Shown: positions 47,677 to 58,883, counted from the stretch's first letter. The stretch: DNA of 58,883 bases from Patescibacteria group bacterium UBA1388 (GCA_002305355.1 DBQS01000036.1:81612-140494), one strand, 5' to 3'. Notes: generated from the sequence alone by a model not told the origin. Numbers and translations are program-made.

Positions 47677-48186
47677 TCAGTTTTGCTCTTCTTCATTTTC
47701 AAATCGTTCTTTCGCAGCTGTTAGAATTTGTTCGGCGGCGACGGCGTCTTTCCAGTCTTTGAGCTTGACCCACTTTTCTGGTTCCAAATCTTTGTAGTGT
47801 TCAAAAAAGTGCTTGATCTGATCAAGTTTAGGTTGTGGTACATCAGACATGATTTCCCAAGCACCACAAATAGGGTCAATCTTGGTTTTTGCGGGTACAC
47901 AAACAATTTTATGATCAATCCCCTCCTCGTCTTCCATTTCTAAGAGGCCGATTACCTTACAATTGATGACAACTCCGGGCGCCACCGGTTGAGAAATAAA
48001 AACGAGCGCATCAAGCGCGTCGCCATCTTGGCCAGCAGTACCATCAATCAGACCATAATTAATCGGATAACTCATGGCGGTGGGCATGAGTCGGTCAACG
48101 GTCATTTCGCCTGTTTCTTCGTCAAGTTCATATTTGACGCTTGATCCCTCTGGGATTTCTATTAAAACTTTAATATTAGTTGACAT
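47677..48186 (-). CDS. ppa: inorganic pyrophosphatase (family I)
   Basis: IEIPEGSSVKYELDEETG...DGDALDALV is the typical family I PPase signature. Confidence 0.9.
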   Translation of the reverse strand: MSTNIKVLIEIPEGSSVKYELDEETGEMTVDRLMPTAMSYPINYGLIDGTAGQDGDALDALVFISQPVAPGVVINCKVIGLLEMEDEEGIDHKIVCVPAKTKIDPICGAWEIMSDVPQPKLDQIKHFFEHYKDLEPEKWVKLKDWKDAVAAEQILTAAKERFENEEEQN

Positions 48187-48220
48187 ATTAATCCTTTTAT
48201 CAATTCCTACAAATTATCCG

Positions 48221-50293
<2,073 letters not shown>

Positions 50294-50553
50294 TCAAAAT
50301 TTTAGAACTCACATTTATATCACACTCTGCTTAGGTAAACCAGCGCATTCTAAAGCCTTTCAAGGGCAAAAAATATCGCCGAAGAGACCTTTAAATTATA
50401 CCTTATTTATCCTTTGATTTTTAGTGAGAAAAGAGGTATTTGCCAAATATAGCAACGTCATTGTGTCGTAGCTTTTAAAAAAATCTGTAGAAGATAATTT
50501 CATAAATAAGAAAAATAATTTAAGAAATAGGAAGGCTGCAACCTTCTATGAAA

Positions 50554-51354
50554 CTAATTCTGATGGGCAGTCAATGCTTGTTTACAGTTAAACAAGCAGT
50601 GTTCAAGAGTCAATTTAGAATTGGTGTTGGCGGCTAATTGATCATGGGCGGTCAACATCTGTTCAATGACTCGTTGCCAACTTTTGCTGTGTGGAGTAGC
50701 AGTAAGTTGTTGATGGGCAGCAAACAGTAAGTCATTTAAATATAATTTTGCTTGCTCTTGATTGCTATTTTTTTCCGCAAGCTCAATTAATTCTCGGTAA
50801 CTTAATTTTTTAAAGTCCGGCAATGGTTGTTTGGTTTTGTTAGTGATGATTTGAAGATCAGTTGGGGGTTGGTCGAGATCATGTTGCTTGAGATCATGTT
50901 GGTCGAAATCATGATTGTTGTGGTCAACATTCGCTTGATTAATATTGGCGTGATCAACGCTGATTTTAAGAGAATAGCAAGCTTGACAACGAGAGCGAAT
51001 GGTAGGTAGTAATTGATTAGGATAGGCCGTCATGAGCCATATTTGAGTTTGGTTAGGCGGCTCTTCAAGCAACTTTAAAAAAGCATTCTGAGCAGGTACT
51101 GTCAGCTGATGGGCGCTTAAAACAACAACATATCGAATCCGATTGGCATAGTTTGCATAAGTTAGTTGGCGAGTTAACTGGCGAATGTCTTCGATTTTAA
51201 TGCTATCACCAGCTTGGTTAAGATAGGTTACGTCTTGTTGGAAAGGTAGGGGTTGTTCTTGGTTGAGAAGCGTTTGCGCTGCTGTCATCATTATCGCGCT
51301 TGGGTCAATGATGATGAGCTTGGGTAGAAAATTTTGATTGATTGGTTCTGGCAT
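50554..51354 (-). CDS. holB: DNA polymerase III delta-prime subunit (short form)
   Basis: NAFLKLLEEPP and the TIRSRCQ sensor motif are present. It lacks an obvious Walker A N-terminus. It contains a His/Asp-rich repeat insert. Confidence 0.7.
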   Translation of the reverse strand: MPEPINQNFLPKLIIIDPSAIMMTAAQTLLNQEQPLPFQQDVTYLNQAGDSIKIEDIRQLTRQLTYANYANRIRYVVVLSAHQLTVPAQNAFLKLLEEPPNQTQIWLMTAYPNQLLPTIRSRCQACYSLKISVDHANINQANVDHNNHDFDQHDLKQHDLDQPPTDLQIITNKTKQPLPDFKKLSYRELIELAEKNSNQEQAKLYLNDLLFAAHQQLTATPHSKSWQRVIEQMLTAHDQLAANTNSKLTLEHCLFNCKQALTAHQN

Positions 51355-51388
51355 TGCGTTTGGTGGTCACTTTCCACTATAGTAGGGA

Positions 51389-53974
51389 TTGTATTACAGC
51401 CCATCAGCTTTAGACAGACAAAGATTGTTTGATCTGGTAAGCTTGTTATATATCATGATAGACCCTGCCTCACCATCATCAGCTCAATCCTCTCTGACGG
51501 TGCCGCCCAATCAACCTGTGTCTGTGCAGCAAGCAAATAACCCATCGGCTAGTTCCATTTCAGATTTAAATTCTAATTCAACTTCAAATTCAAGTGCAGC
51601 GAGTGGATTGGGTGCTCTCCCCTTGGGCGGTAGTGGTATGAGTACTGCTTCGAGCGTGAATATTGATTTGCCAACCGATGCAGCTATGAACCAAGCTTTG
51701 GAGCAATTGAAACATTTAGATGAAACCCTGCCCCCTTCTGATGCGGCTGCAGTACCATCACCAACGATTATGCCACCGGCGGGCTCATCGGCACCAACCG
51801 AGGATTCAGCACCAAATGATAACTCAGGATCTACTGCAGGTTCAGCGCTAAATAATAATTCGGTGCCAACGGATGGAGTAGCACCAGCTTCCGGTTCAGT
51901 TTCAACTTCTGATTCAGAATCAACACCCAACGAAGACGTTGTATCCTCACCACCGTCTGCCATCAATTCGACGGTGACCAATCCGTTTGCAACCACCGAT
52001 CAGACCCCTGCCCCACCTTCACAGGCGGCATCGCCAGCACCATCTGCCTTACCATCCACTAATGAGGATGCTGGAGTTAGTGGAGATTCAAGTCACAGCT
52101 CCACACCATCTCCCAATACGCCGCAAACAGCCATTCCATCGCCCGCCGATTCACCCAAAATTCCTCTTAAATCCGGGTCAGTACCTTTTGCCGAGGCGCC
52201 AAAAGAACCTGCCGCCAAACCAAATTCAGCAGCAGAAATGCCCGACTTTAATGATATTTTTGATGTCTTAATTTACATGGGCGAATTATCTCAAGAACGT
52301 GTCGAACAACTGCGGATTGAGTTAATTAGCAATGGCATTTCCCCAGAAGAAATCATCGAACAAAAAAAACTTGTGACCGAAGAAGTATTGACTAAAGCTA
52401 AGGCAATGCTTCATTCAGTGCCATTTATTAAATTGACAGAAGTCGGTATTTTTCCAGAAGCAATCAACATGTTGCCAGAAGGGTCAGCACGACATTACCG
52501 GATGGTGCCTTTCACCATGGATAAGAATGAAAACACATTGTCGGTGGCAATGAACGATCCGCTTGATTTAACCGCAATTGATTTTGCGCAGCAGAAAACT
52601 GGCATGAGGATCATCGCTCATTATGCGATGCCCTCGGAAGTGGAACGTGCTATCACAGAGTATTATTCACAAACTTTATCGAGTGAAGTGTCGGCGGCGT
52701 TGGAACAAACTAGCCAAGTGGCAGAGTCACAACAAAACAAACAAGATTTGAGTCAACTTTCTGGGGAAACGATCCGTCAGGCTCCAATTACCAAAATTGT
52801 GGAAACAGTAGTGACGTTTGCTATCAAGGCGCGAGCGTCAGACATTCACATTGAGCCGCTAGAAGACCGCACCCGGGTGCGCTATAGAATTGACGGTATT
52901 CTTCAAGAAAAGTTAATTCTGCCCAAATCAGTACACGAAGCAGTCATTTCTAGAATTAAAATTTTGTCAGGTTTGAAAATTGATGAAAAACGTCTGCCCC
53001 AAGATGGAAGGTTCAATTTTGTCGCCTTAGAACAGGAAGTAGATTTGCGGATCTCTACGCTACCTACTGTCAATGGTGAAAAGGTAGTGATGCGGTTACT
53101 CAAAAAAGACGCCCAGGTGCCTGAATTGCCAGAGTTGGGTCTTGATGGTTTGTCGTTGAGGAATGTCCAAGACGCGATTAAAGTCCCCCATGGCATCATT
53201 TTGATTACCGGTCCAACTGGTTCTGGAAAGACGACAACTCTCTATTCTGTGTTGCACAAAATCAACACTCCTAAAGTCAACATTATGACACTTGAGGATC
53301 CTGTTGAATATAAAATGATTGGTATTAATCAGGTGCAGGTAAATCCCCAAGCCGGGCTGACTTTTGCTTCGGGCTTGCGTTCTTTCTTGCGTCAGGATCC
53401 AAACGTAATTATGGTGGGGGAAATTCGCGATAGTGAAACGGCTGAGCTCGCCATTCAAGCGGCTTTGACAGGTCACTTAGTCTTCTCTACCCTACACACT
53501 TCGTCGGCTGCTGGTGCTTTGCCAAGGTTGATGGATATGGGAGCCGAGCCATTTTTACTGGCGTCATCAATGACATTAGTGGCTGCACAACGGGTATTAC
53601 GCAAAATTAATCCTGATTACAAAGAGGAGTATAAACCTGAGGCGGCGGTGGTAGAAGATATTAAAAAAGTTTTGGCGGACAAGTTTTTACCTTGGTGCCG
53701 TCAACATCATGTTGATCCAAACAACTTTTCACTTTTTAGACCTAAAAACGACCGGCCGCAAAACGAGCCAGAATATAAAGGCCGGATCGCTATTTTTGAA
53801 GTAATGAAAATTACCGAGGAAATTGGTAAACTGATTCTAGAACGCAAACCTGCTTCAGAAATGGAAAAGCTGGCGCTCAAAGATGGCATGCTTTTGATGA
53901 AACAAGATGGTTATCTTAAAGCACTTGCTGGCATCACCACGATTGAAGAAGTCTTAAGGGTGGCGGAAATTTAG
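51389..53974 (+). CDS. pilB: type IV pilus assembly ATPase PilB (GspE family) with about 270-aa Ser/Pro/Ala-rich N-terminal region
   Basis: T2SSE_N-like FIKLTEV...HYRMVPF is present. Walker A is GPTGSGKTTTLYS. Asp/His boxes are MVGEIRD and LTGHLVFSTLHT. The likely true start is the ATG at 51455 (MIDPASP). Confidence 0.9.
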   Translation: MYYSPSALDRQRLFDLVSLLYIMIDPASPSSAQSSLTVPPNQPVSVQQANNPSASSISDLNSNSTSNSSAASGLGALPLGGSGMSTASSVNIDLPTDAAMNQALEQLKHLDETLPPSDAAAVPSPTIMPPAGSSAPTEDSAPNDNSGSTAGSALNNNSVPTDGVAPASGSVSTSDSESTPNEDVVSSPPSAINSTVTNPFATTDQTPAPPSQAASPAPSALPSTNEDAGVSGDSSHSSTPSPNTPQTAIPSPADSPKIPLKSGSVPFAEAPKEPAAKPNSAAEMPDFNDIFDVLIYMGELSQERVEQLRIELISNGISPEEIIEQKKLVTEEVLTKAKAMLHSVPFIKLTEVGIFPEAINMLPEGSARHYRMVPFTMDKNENTLSVAMNDPLDLTAIDFAQQKTGMRIIAHYAMPSEVERAITEYYSQTLSSEVSAALEQTSQVAESQQNKQDLSQLSGETIRQAPITKIVETVVTFAIKARASDIHIEPLEDRTRVRYRIDGILQEKLILPKSVHEAVISRIKILSGLKIDEKRLPQDGRFNFVALEQEVDLRISTLPTVNGEKVVMRLLKKDAQVPELPELGLDGLSLRNVQDAIKVPHGIILITGPTGSGKTTTLYSVLHKINTPKVNIMTLEDPVEYKMIGINQVQVNPQAGLTFASGLRSFLRQDPNVIMVGEIRDSETAELAIQAALTGHLVFSTLHTSSAAGALPRLMDMGAEPFLLASSMTLVAAQRVLRKINPDYKEEYKPEAAVVEDIKKVLADKFLPWCRQHHVDPNNFSLFRPKNDRPQNEPEYKGRIAIFEVMKITEEIGKLILERKPASEMEKLALKDGMLLMKQDGYLKALAGITTIEEVLRVAEI

Positions 53975-54012
53975 AGTATGATGATAAATAACGAGGTTAA
54001 AAGGGAAAAACT

Positions 54013-55071
54013 ATGAACATTCATGACATTATGGCGCAGTTGGTGGCAGTAGAAGGTTCGGACATTCACATCGTTGAAAAGTCACCGCCCACAATGCGTA
54101 TCCACGGTGAGTTGCGTCCGGTTGAGCACGCGCCCGTTTTAACAGGCAAACAATGCGAAGCGCTAATCTACCCCATTATGACTCAGGAACAGAAAGATTA
54201 TGTAACCGTTAATAAGGAGCTAGATTTTGGATATCAGTTTCAGGATAAAGGTCGGTTTAGGGTGAATGTATATCATGCCCAAGGATCTTTGGGGGCGGCG
54301 ATGCGGCTAATTCCCAAACAAATTAAGTCAATCGACGACTTGCAGTTGCCGCCCATTATGAAAGAGTTTGCCAATTACAACCAGGGTTTGGTGTTACTGA
54401 CTGGGCCGACTGGCGAAGGTAAATCAACAACTTTGGCAGCGATCATTGACCTAATCAATACTACCCGGTCTGAACACATTGTGACGGTGGAAGATCCCAT
54501 CGAATTTACCTATGAACCTAAAAAAAGCATCATTACTCAGCGTGAGCTTAATCATGATACGCACAGTTGGGAAATTGCTCTCAGGAGCGTATTGAGAGAA
54601 GATCCCAATATTGTACTGATTGGAGAAATGCGTGATTACGAAACAATTGCTTCTGCTATGACCATTTCTGAAACTGGGCACTTGGTGTTTGCGACGCTGC
54701 ACACGTCTACCGCAGCCGAGACGATTGACCGAATTATCGATGTTTTTCCGGCACACCAACAAGGTCAGATTCGACAACAGTTGGCGGCCACGGTAAAGGT
54801 GGTTGCTTCTCAACGATTGTTGCCAGCAGTAGGTGGCGGTCGGGTGGCTGCTCTTGAAATTATGATTGCCAACCCCGCCATTCGCAACTTAATTCGGGAA
54901 GGAAAATCACACCAAATTGATTCCGTCATTCAAACTCAAGCGGAATCTGGCATGATGATGTTTGAAAATCATTTGCAGCAGCTTGTCCAACGCAATGCTA
55001 TTACGCCAGAAGTGGCGATGGCGCAATCTTTCCGACCAGCAGAAATGCGGCGGTTGTTGGGCAAAGCGTAG
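54013..55071 (+). CDS. pilT: twitching-motility retraction ATPase PilT
   Basis: GSDIHI, Walker A GPTGEGKSTTLAA, LIGEMRD and the PilT signature AIRNLIREGK are present. Confidence 0.9.
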   Translation: MNIHDIMAQLVAVEGSDIHIVEKSPPTMRIHGELRPVEHAPVLTGKQCEALIYPIMTQEQKDYVTVNKELDFGYQFQDKGRFRVNVYHAQGSLGAAMRLIPKQIKSIDDLQLPPIMKEFANYNQGLVLLTGPTGEGKSTTLAAIIDLINTTRSEHIVTVEDPIEFTYEPKKSIITQRELNHDTHSWEIALRSVLREDPNIVLIGEMRDYETIASAMTISETGHLVFATLHTSTAAETIDRIIDVFPAHQQGQIRQQLAATVKVVASQRLLPAVGGGRVAALEIMIANPAIRNLIREGKSHQIDSVIQTQAESGMMMFENHLQQLVQRNAITPEVAMAQSFRPAEMRRLLGKA

Positions 55072-55133
55072 ACAAAAGCCTGAGTTCTCAAGTTGGAGTT
55101 GAGGCATGGGCAAAATAAAACAAAGGTTAGTTT

Positions 55134-56336
55134 ATGCCATACTTTCATTACACCGCTAAAAATGAATACGGTGAGTCAGTCAAAGGTAAGGTAGAAGCCC
55201 GCAACGTTAAGCAGGCGGCGGTGGAATTAAGTACGAGACACTTGTTGGTAATAGATATTAAGCCGTTAACGGAGGGTAGCTTTGCTTTCCTAACCGCCGC
55301 CCTTTTTGGTATCAAATTTAATGACGTAGTGAGTTTTACTCGACAGCTTGCGACCATGATTTCTGCTGGTTTACCCCTGGCCTCTGCTCTCTCCATTTTA
55401 GTACAGCAAAGTAAATCAGAAATGTCGCGGCTGGTGGCACAAATTTTGCAGGATATAGAGGGCGGCGACACTTTTGCGAAAGCACTCTCCAAGCATCCCA
55501 CCATTTTTGATTCAACTTACATTCAATTGGTGCGGGCGGGCGAAGTTGGTGGCGTGCTCGACGATATTCTCAACCGCTTGGCTGACAACATGGAAAAAAC
55601 CAAGGCCTTTCGCTCCAAAACCAAAGGGGCGATGATTTATCCAGTGATTGTGATCATTGCCATGATTGCAGTGGCGTTTATCATGATGATCTTTGTGATT
55701 CCACAATTGACGGCCATGTATGATGACTTTGGTGCGGAACTACCGCTGGCCACTCAAATATTGGTTTCGATTTCAAATTTTATGGTTCAATTTTGGTGGC
55801 TAATTTTGTTATTGGTAGCGGTGGGGGTAGTGGTGTTTCGCAAGTGGGTCAAGACCCATGACGGCAAACTCATGGTGGATGCTTTTGTGATGAAAATCCC
55901 CATCCTGGGTGATTTGCTGAAAAAAATTGCTCTCACCGAGTTTGCCCGCACGCTCTCCCTACTTCTTGGGGCTGGCATCTCGGTTTTGCAAGCCTTAGAT
56001 ATTGTAACTGATGGGATGAATAACTTAATATATAAGGAAGCTTTACAAGATGTGTCATCGCATGTAGAAAAAGGAGTGCCTATCTCCAAAGCATTATCAC
56101 GCTATGAAGAGTTCCCTCCAATTTTGCACCAAATGATGTCTGTGGGCGAAGAAACAGGTAAGCTAGACGAAGTGTTGGGTAAGTTGGCGGCCTATTTTGA
56201 GCAAGAAAGTGAGCAGGCGGTCAAGAACTTGACCACCGCTATTGAGCCATTAATTATGATTGTGTTAGGTATTGGTGTGGGTGCAATGGTGATTGCCATT
56301 ATCATGCCAATTTACAACTTAACGAGCCAGTTTTAA
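55134..56336 (+). CDS. pilC: type IV pilus platform protein PilC (GspF family)
   Basis: Two T2SSF repeats are present (FTRQLATMISAGLPL... and FARTLSLLLGAGISV...) with 3 TM segments. Confidence 0.9.
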   Translation: MPYFHYTAKNEYGESVKGKVEARNVKQAAVELSTRHLLVIDIKPLTEGSFAFLTAALFGIKFNDVVSFTRQLATMISAGLPLASALSILVQQSKSEMSRLVAQILQDIEGGDTFAKALSKHPTIFDSTYIQLVRAGEVGGVLDDILNRLADNMEKTKAFRSKTKGAMIYPVIVIIAMIAVAFIMMIFVIPQLTAMYDDFGAELPLATQILVSISNFMVQFWWLILLLVAVGVVVFRKWVKTHDGKLMVDAFVMKIPILGDLLKKIALTEFARTLSLLLGAGISVLQALDIVTDGMNNLIYKEALQDVSSHVEKGVPISKALSRYEEFPPILHQMMSVGEETGKLDEVLGKLAAYFEQESEQAVKNLTTAIEPLIMIVLGIGVGAMVIAIIMPIYNLTSQF

Positions 56337-56501
56337 TAGTTTTGATTTAGTTTAATGTTATTACAAATGGTGTCTTGAGTAGAGTAAATAAATTGACTCT
56401 TGCGTAGCACCTATAAATATGTGTAGAGTAATAATGAGCACGCGAAGTGTAGTTGAGAGTTGGAAATTGAATAACTTTGGAAAAAGTACAAAGGAAAAAT
56501 T

Positions 56502-57170
56502 ATGCAAATAATTTCGCAATTATATCGAAAAATGACTGCCCTGCGAGGAAATAAAGGATTTACGATGATCGAGCTTTTGATTGTCATCGCAATCTTGGGT
56601 ATTTTGGCGGTGGCGGTGCTCTCGGCGATTAATCCAATTGAGCAAATAAATCGTGGGCGTGACACAGGCAGCAGATCTGACGCTGAACAAGCACTTAATG
56701 CAATTGAACGTTTTAATGCTTTTCAAGGGTACTATCCATGGCAAGAGAATGCCAATGATACTGCGCATATTGCTCAAGAGTTAGCTCCTTTTGATGAAAC
56801 TTTAGATATTGCTAGCATAGATGTGGGAGATTGCAATGTCTTGAAAAGACTTTCGACGGGAGACACTGGAGTAAGTGGCTGTGTGGCTGCTCAAGAATTA
56901 AAAGAGTCATTCATAGATAGGATTACTAATTCAGCTGGAGCTCGTCAATTGTACATATATAATAGAGGTGAGCAAGGAGATAGTACTTATGTTTGCTTTG
57001 TTCCTCAGTCAGGAGCTTTTGTAACTGAAGCAACAGCTAGATGTGAAGAAGGACTTCCAGACGATTTGATAGAAGAGGTCAATGAAATCTGCAACGGTAA
57101 TGGAGCTGGCACGGAAAATAGTCGCACTATAATTCAAGAGGGTGATGAAGCTGCTATTTGTCTACCATAG
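56502..57170 (+). CDS. type IV pilin (prepilin with class III signal peptide)
   Basis: RGNKG/FTMIELLIVIAILGILAVAV is the prepilin peptidase site followed by the hydrophobic helix (Glu at +5). Cys pairs occur in the globular part. Confidence 0.85.
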   Translation: MQIISQLYRKMTALRGNKGFTMIELLIVIAILGILAVAVLSAINPIEQINRGRDTGSRSDAEQALNAIERFNAFQGYYPWQENANDTAHIAQELAPFDETLDIASIDVGDCNVLKRLSTGDTGVSGCVAAQELKESFIDRITNSAGARQLYIYNRGEQGDSTYVCFVPQSGAFVTEATARCEEGLPDDLIEEVNEICNGNGAGTENSRTIIQEGDEAAICLP

Positions 57171-57191
57171 TCAAAACTTAACTTGAATCTT

Positions 57192-57223
57192 AAAACCCCC
57201 TGCTTGTCAGGGGGTTTTTGTTT
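57192..57223 (+). terminator. rho-independent terminator after the pilin gene
   Basis: CCCCCTG-cttgt-CAGGGGG followed by TTTTTGTTT. Confidence 0.85.
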
Positions 57224-57330
57224 ATATGCCTAACTTGGATTATGTTTATGCTCGACATCAGCTCAGTAGCTTTAATTATTTAGACAATTTTTCTTCCACC
57301 TCCCCCACCCCCTTTTAAGACACGTAATTT

Positions 57331-57362
57331 TACTTGACATTTTGTGCCTGAAATGTCAAGTA
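57331..57362. repeat. hairpin of repeat unit 1
   Basis: TACTTGACATTT-tgtgcctg-AAATGTCAAGTA forms a perfect 12-bp stem with an 8-nt loop. Confidence 0.9.
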
Positions 57363-57483
57363 TTATTGACTTAAATCGCGCGTTTCTATGGCAAGTGTGT
57401 AGTGCATGCATAGTACGTGTGAGCGAAGCAAATCTTAAATTATCTTCTGATCCCTCGCCCTGTTTTCAAACCGGGTAATTATC

Positions 57484-57511
57484 GTTTACATTTTGGTCCT
57501 CAAATGTAAAC
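57484..57511. repeat. hairpin of repeat unit 2
   Basis: GTTTACATTT-tggtcctc-AAATGTAAAC forms a perfect 10-bp stem with an 8-nt loop. Its flanks align with unit 1. Confidence 0.9.
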
Positions 57512-57643
57512 TTTATTTGCCCCCTTTCCAGTCAGTTACCCGCTCTACAGTTGGCTTAAGGTTGTGGGGTTACAACAGAAAGTAATGACAAGCAAACAGC
57601 AATTATTTCAGCAAAGTAAAATAATTATAAATAACCACTTTGA

Positions 57644-57889
57644 CCTCGCATCAACGGTGTAGTTGAACGATTTAACCGCACCGTTCAGGAAGAGTGTATT
57701 AACAGAAATCTAGATATCGTCTATGATAGTGAACAATTCGGAGAAGAATTACTTGAGTATCTAAACTGGTACAACTATAGACGACCACATGCGGCGCTCA
57801 ATTATCTGTCGCCTGTGAATTTTATACAAACATATTTTCCGGAATGTGGGTTACCTATACAACAATTGGTAGTTATTACTCGCTTTTAG
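57644..57889 (+). pseudogene. C-terminal remnant of an rve (DDE integrase-core) transposase, IS3/IS481-like
   Basis: The frame has no start codon and opens just after an in-frame TGA. It reads PRINGVVERFNRTVQEECINRNLD...LEYLNWYNYRRPHAALNYLSPVNF, the conserved tail of rve transposases. The N-terminal two thirds are absent. Confidence 0.7.
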
Positions 57890-57901
57890 TATAATACATC
57901 T

Positions 57902-58135
57902 ATGTTAGAAGACTTCCCTATCCAGGCAGAAAAATATTTCTGGGGTGATGATCTAAATCAGCTTAATTGGCAAGATCATCACCGATATATTACCCAAACT
58001 TTGCTTGAAAAAGCAGATACTGAGGCAATCGCATGGCTTTTTAAGCAATCTTCAAAAGATCAACTCCTTAATGAACTGGAGATTCTAAAGCTTTCTCCAA
58101 AATCAAGAAATTTTTGGCAAATATATTTATCATGA
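57902..58135 (+). CDS. small protein paired with the nucleotidyltransferase (putative cognate partner/antitoxin)
   Basis: 77 aa. The pattern FWGDDLNQLNWQDHHRYITQTLLEKADTEAIAWLF is of the kind often encoded just upstream of AbiEii/DUF1814-type genes. It overlaps the next ORF by 22 nt. Confidence 0.5.
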   Translation: MLEDFPIQAEKYFWGDDLNQLNWQDHHRYITQTLLEKADTEAIAWLFKQSSKDQLLNELEILKLSPKSRNFWQIYLS

Positions 58136-58770
58136 CAAATGCTTTTTTCCCCCAAACTCTACCTGAAAAAACTGCCAGGCTATTAGAGCAAATTAGGCAG
58201 GCAAGACCATCGTTTATCAATTCTTTTTATCTTTCTGGTGGTACTGCATTGTCTTTGCAACTAGGTCATCGGGAATCTGAAGACCTAGATTTTTTTAGTC
58301 AAGACAGCTTTGATCCTAGAACACTCGAACCAGAACTATTCACGTTTGGCTCTTTAAGTCAAACAGAGCTGGCAAAAGGTACTCTTAATACATTTATAGA
58401 CAGTGTTAACTTGCAGTTTTTGGAATATCCATATGATCTGCTTGAGGCAACTATTGACTGGAATGGTATTAAATTGAGTTCGATTGCAGACATAGCTTGT
58501 ACCAAACTGCAAACAATTGGCATGAGAGGTAGTAAAAAAGATTTTATTGATCTTTACTTTTTGTTAGAGAAGTACTCTTTAAGTGAGTTATTCAAATTAG
58601 TCCAAAAAAAATACCCCCAAAGTGATTACAGTCAAATACATATCTTAAAGTCACTAGTCTATTTTGCAGACGCCCATCACCAGCCTATGCCAAGGATGCA
58701 TAAGGAAATAACTTGGGAAGAAGTGCAGCAAAAAATGATCGATGTGACCAAGTCATTTCGTTTTGAATAA
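58114..58770 (+). CDS. AbiEii/DUF1814-like nucleotidyltransferase (type IV toxin-antitoxin / abortive infection family)
   Basis: YLSGGTALSLQLGHRESEDLDFFS matches the GG-T-A-L...R-x-S-x-D-L/I-D-F nucleotidyltransferase motif of this family. Confidence 0.65.
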   Translation: MANIFIMTNAFFPQTLPEKTARLLEQIRQARPSFINSFYLSGGTALSLQLGHRESEDLDFFSQDSFDPRTLEPELFTFGSLSQTELAKGTLNTFIDSVNLQFLEYPYDLLEATIDWNGIKLSSIADIACTKLQTIGMRGSKKDFIDLYFLLEKYSLSELFKLVQKKYPQSDYSQIHILKSLVYFADAHHQPMPRMHKEITWEEVQQKMIDVTKSFRFE

Positions 58771-58883
58771 GTGCGCTGAGTATGCTCCCCCGACAAGATG
58801 TTACACGAACTGATTTAGTCTGGAGAGAAGAAGTGAGAGGAAGTATTATGGGATGGTGTGATCAATGAATTTTACTCTGTGGC

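Overview
This is an AT-rich, gene-dense bacterial chromosomal window. It uses the standard code: TGA ends lspA, rluD and glyA at normal protein lengths. No rRNA genes or CRISPR arrays were seen. The housekeeping backbone is ssb (3' end)-rpsR, S41 and HtrA-type proteases, rpmE-prfA, hisS, tRNA-Ala(CGC), an M24 peptidase, dnaB, tRNA-Leu(CAA), lgt-lspA-rluD, glyA, nfo, folD, rpsB-tsf, tgt, a YebC-family gene, a XerC/D-type recombinase, tRNA-Ala(GGC), gyrB-ppa-gyrA and holB. There is also a pilB-pilT-pilC-pilin type IV pilus cluster. The right edge carries a truncated rve-type transposase remnant and an AbiEii-like nucleotidyltransferase gene pair. Several features are reminiscent of Patescibacteria/CPR-like small genomes: many orphan proteins, a short EF-Ts, a short delta-prime, low-complexity extensions or insertions in S2, L31, PilB, GyrA, FolD and Nfo, and type IV pilus genes together with a sortase substrate. 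That assignment is inference only. Two things merit the closest look. (1) A tightly packed four-gene minus-strand operon (39026-44666) encodes a dockerin-tailed clan GH-A glycoside hydrolase, a cohesin-like plus dockerin-like adaptor, a small membrane-anchored beta-module protein and an LPETG sortase-anchored protein. Together these look like a minimal cellulosome-style surface assembly. (2) A roughly 1.9 kb ORF-free, motif-dense stretch (35471-37370) lies immediately upstream of the xer gene and tRNA-Ala. It contains tandem and palindromic 8-10-mers around a perfect DnaA box, AACTTGAT iterons, a GATC/CTAG cluster, poly-G tracts and a dif-like half site. Smaller candidates are a terminator/antiterminator leader on hisS, an anti-SD leader on glyA, and a pair of about 80-bp hairpin repeats beside the transposase remnant. 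All domain calls come from reading the translations by eye. No database search was run.
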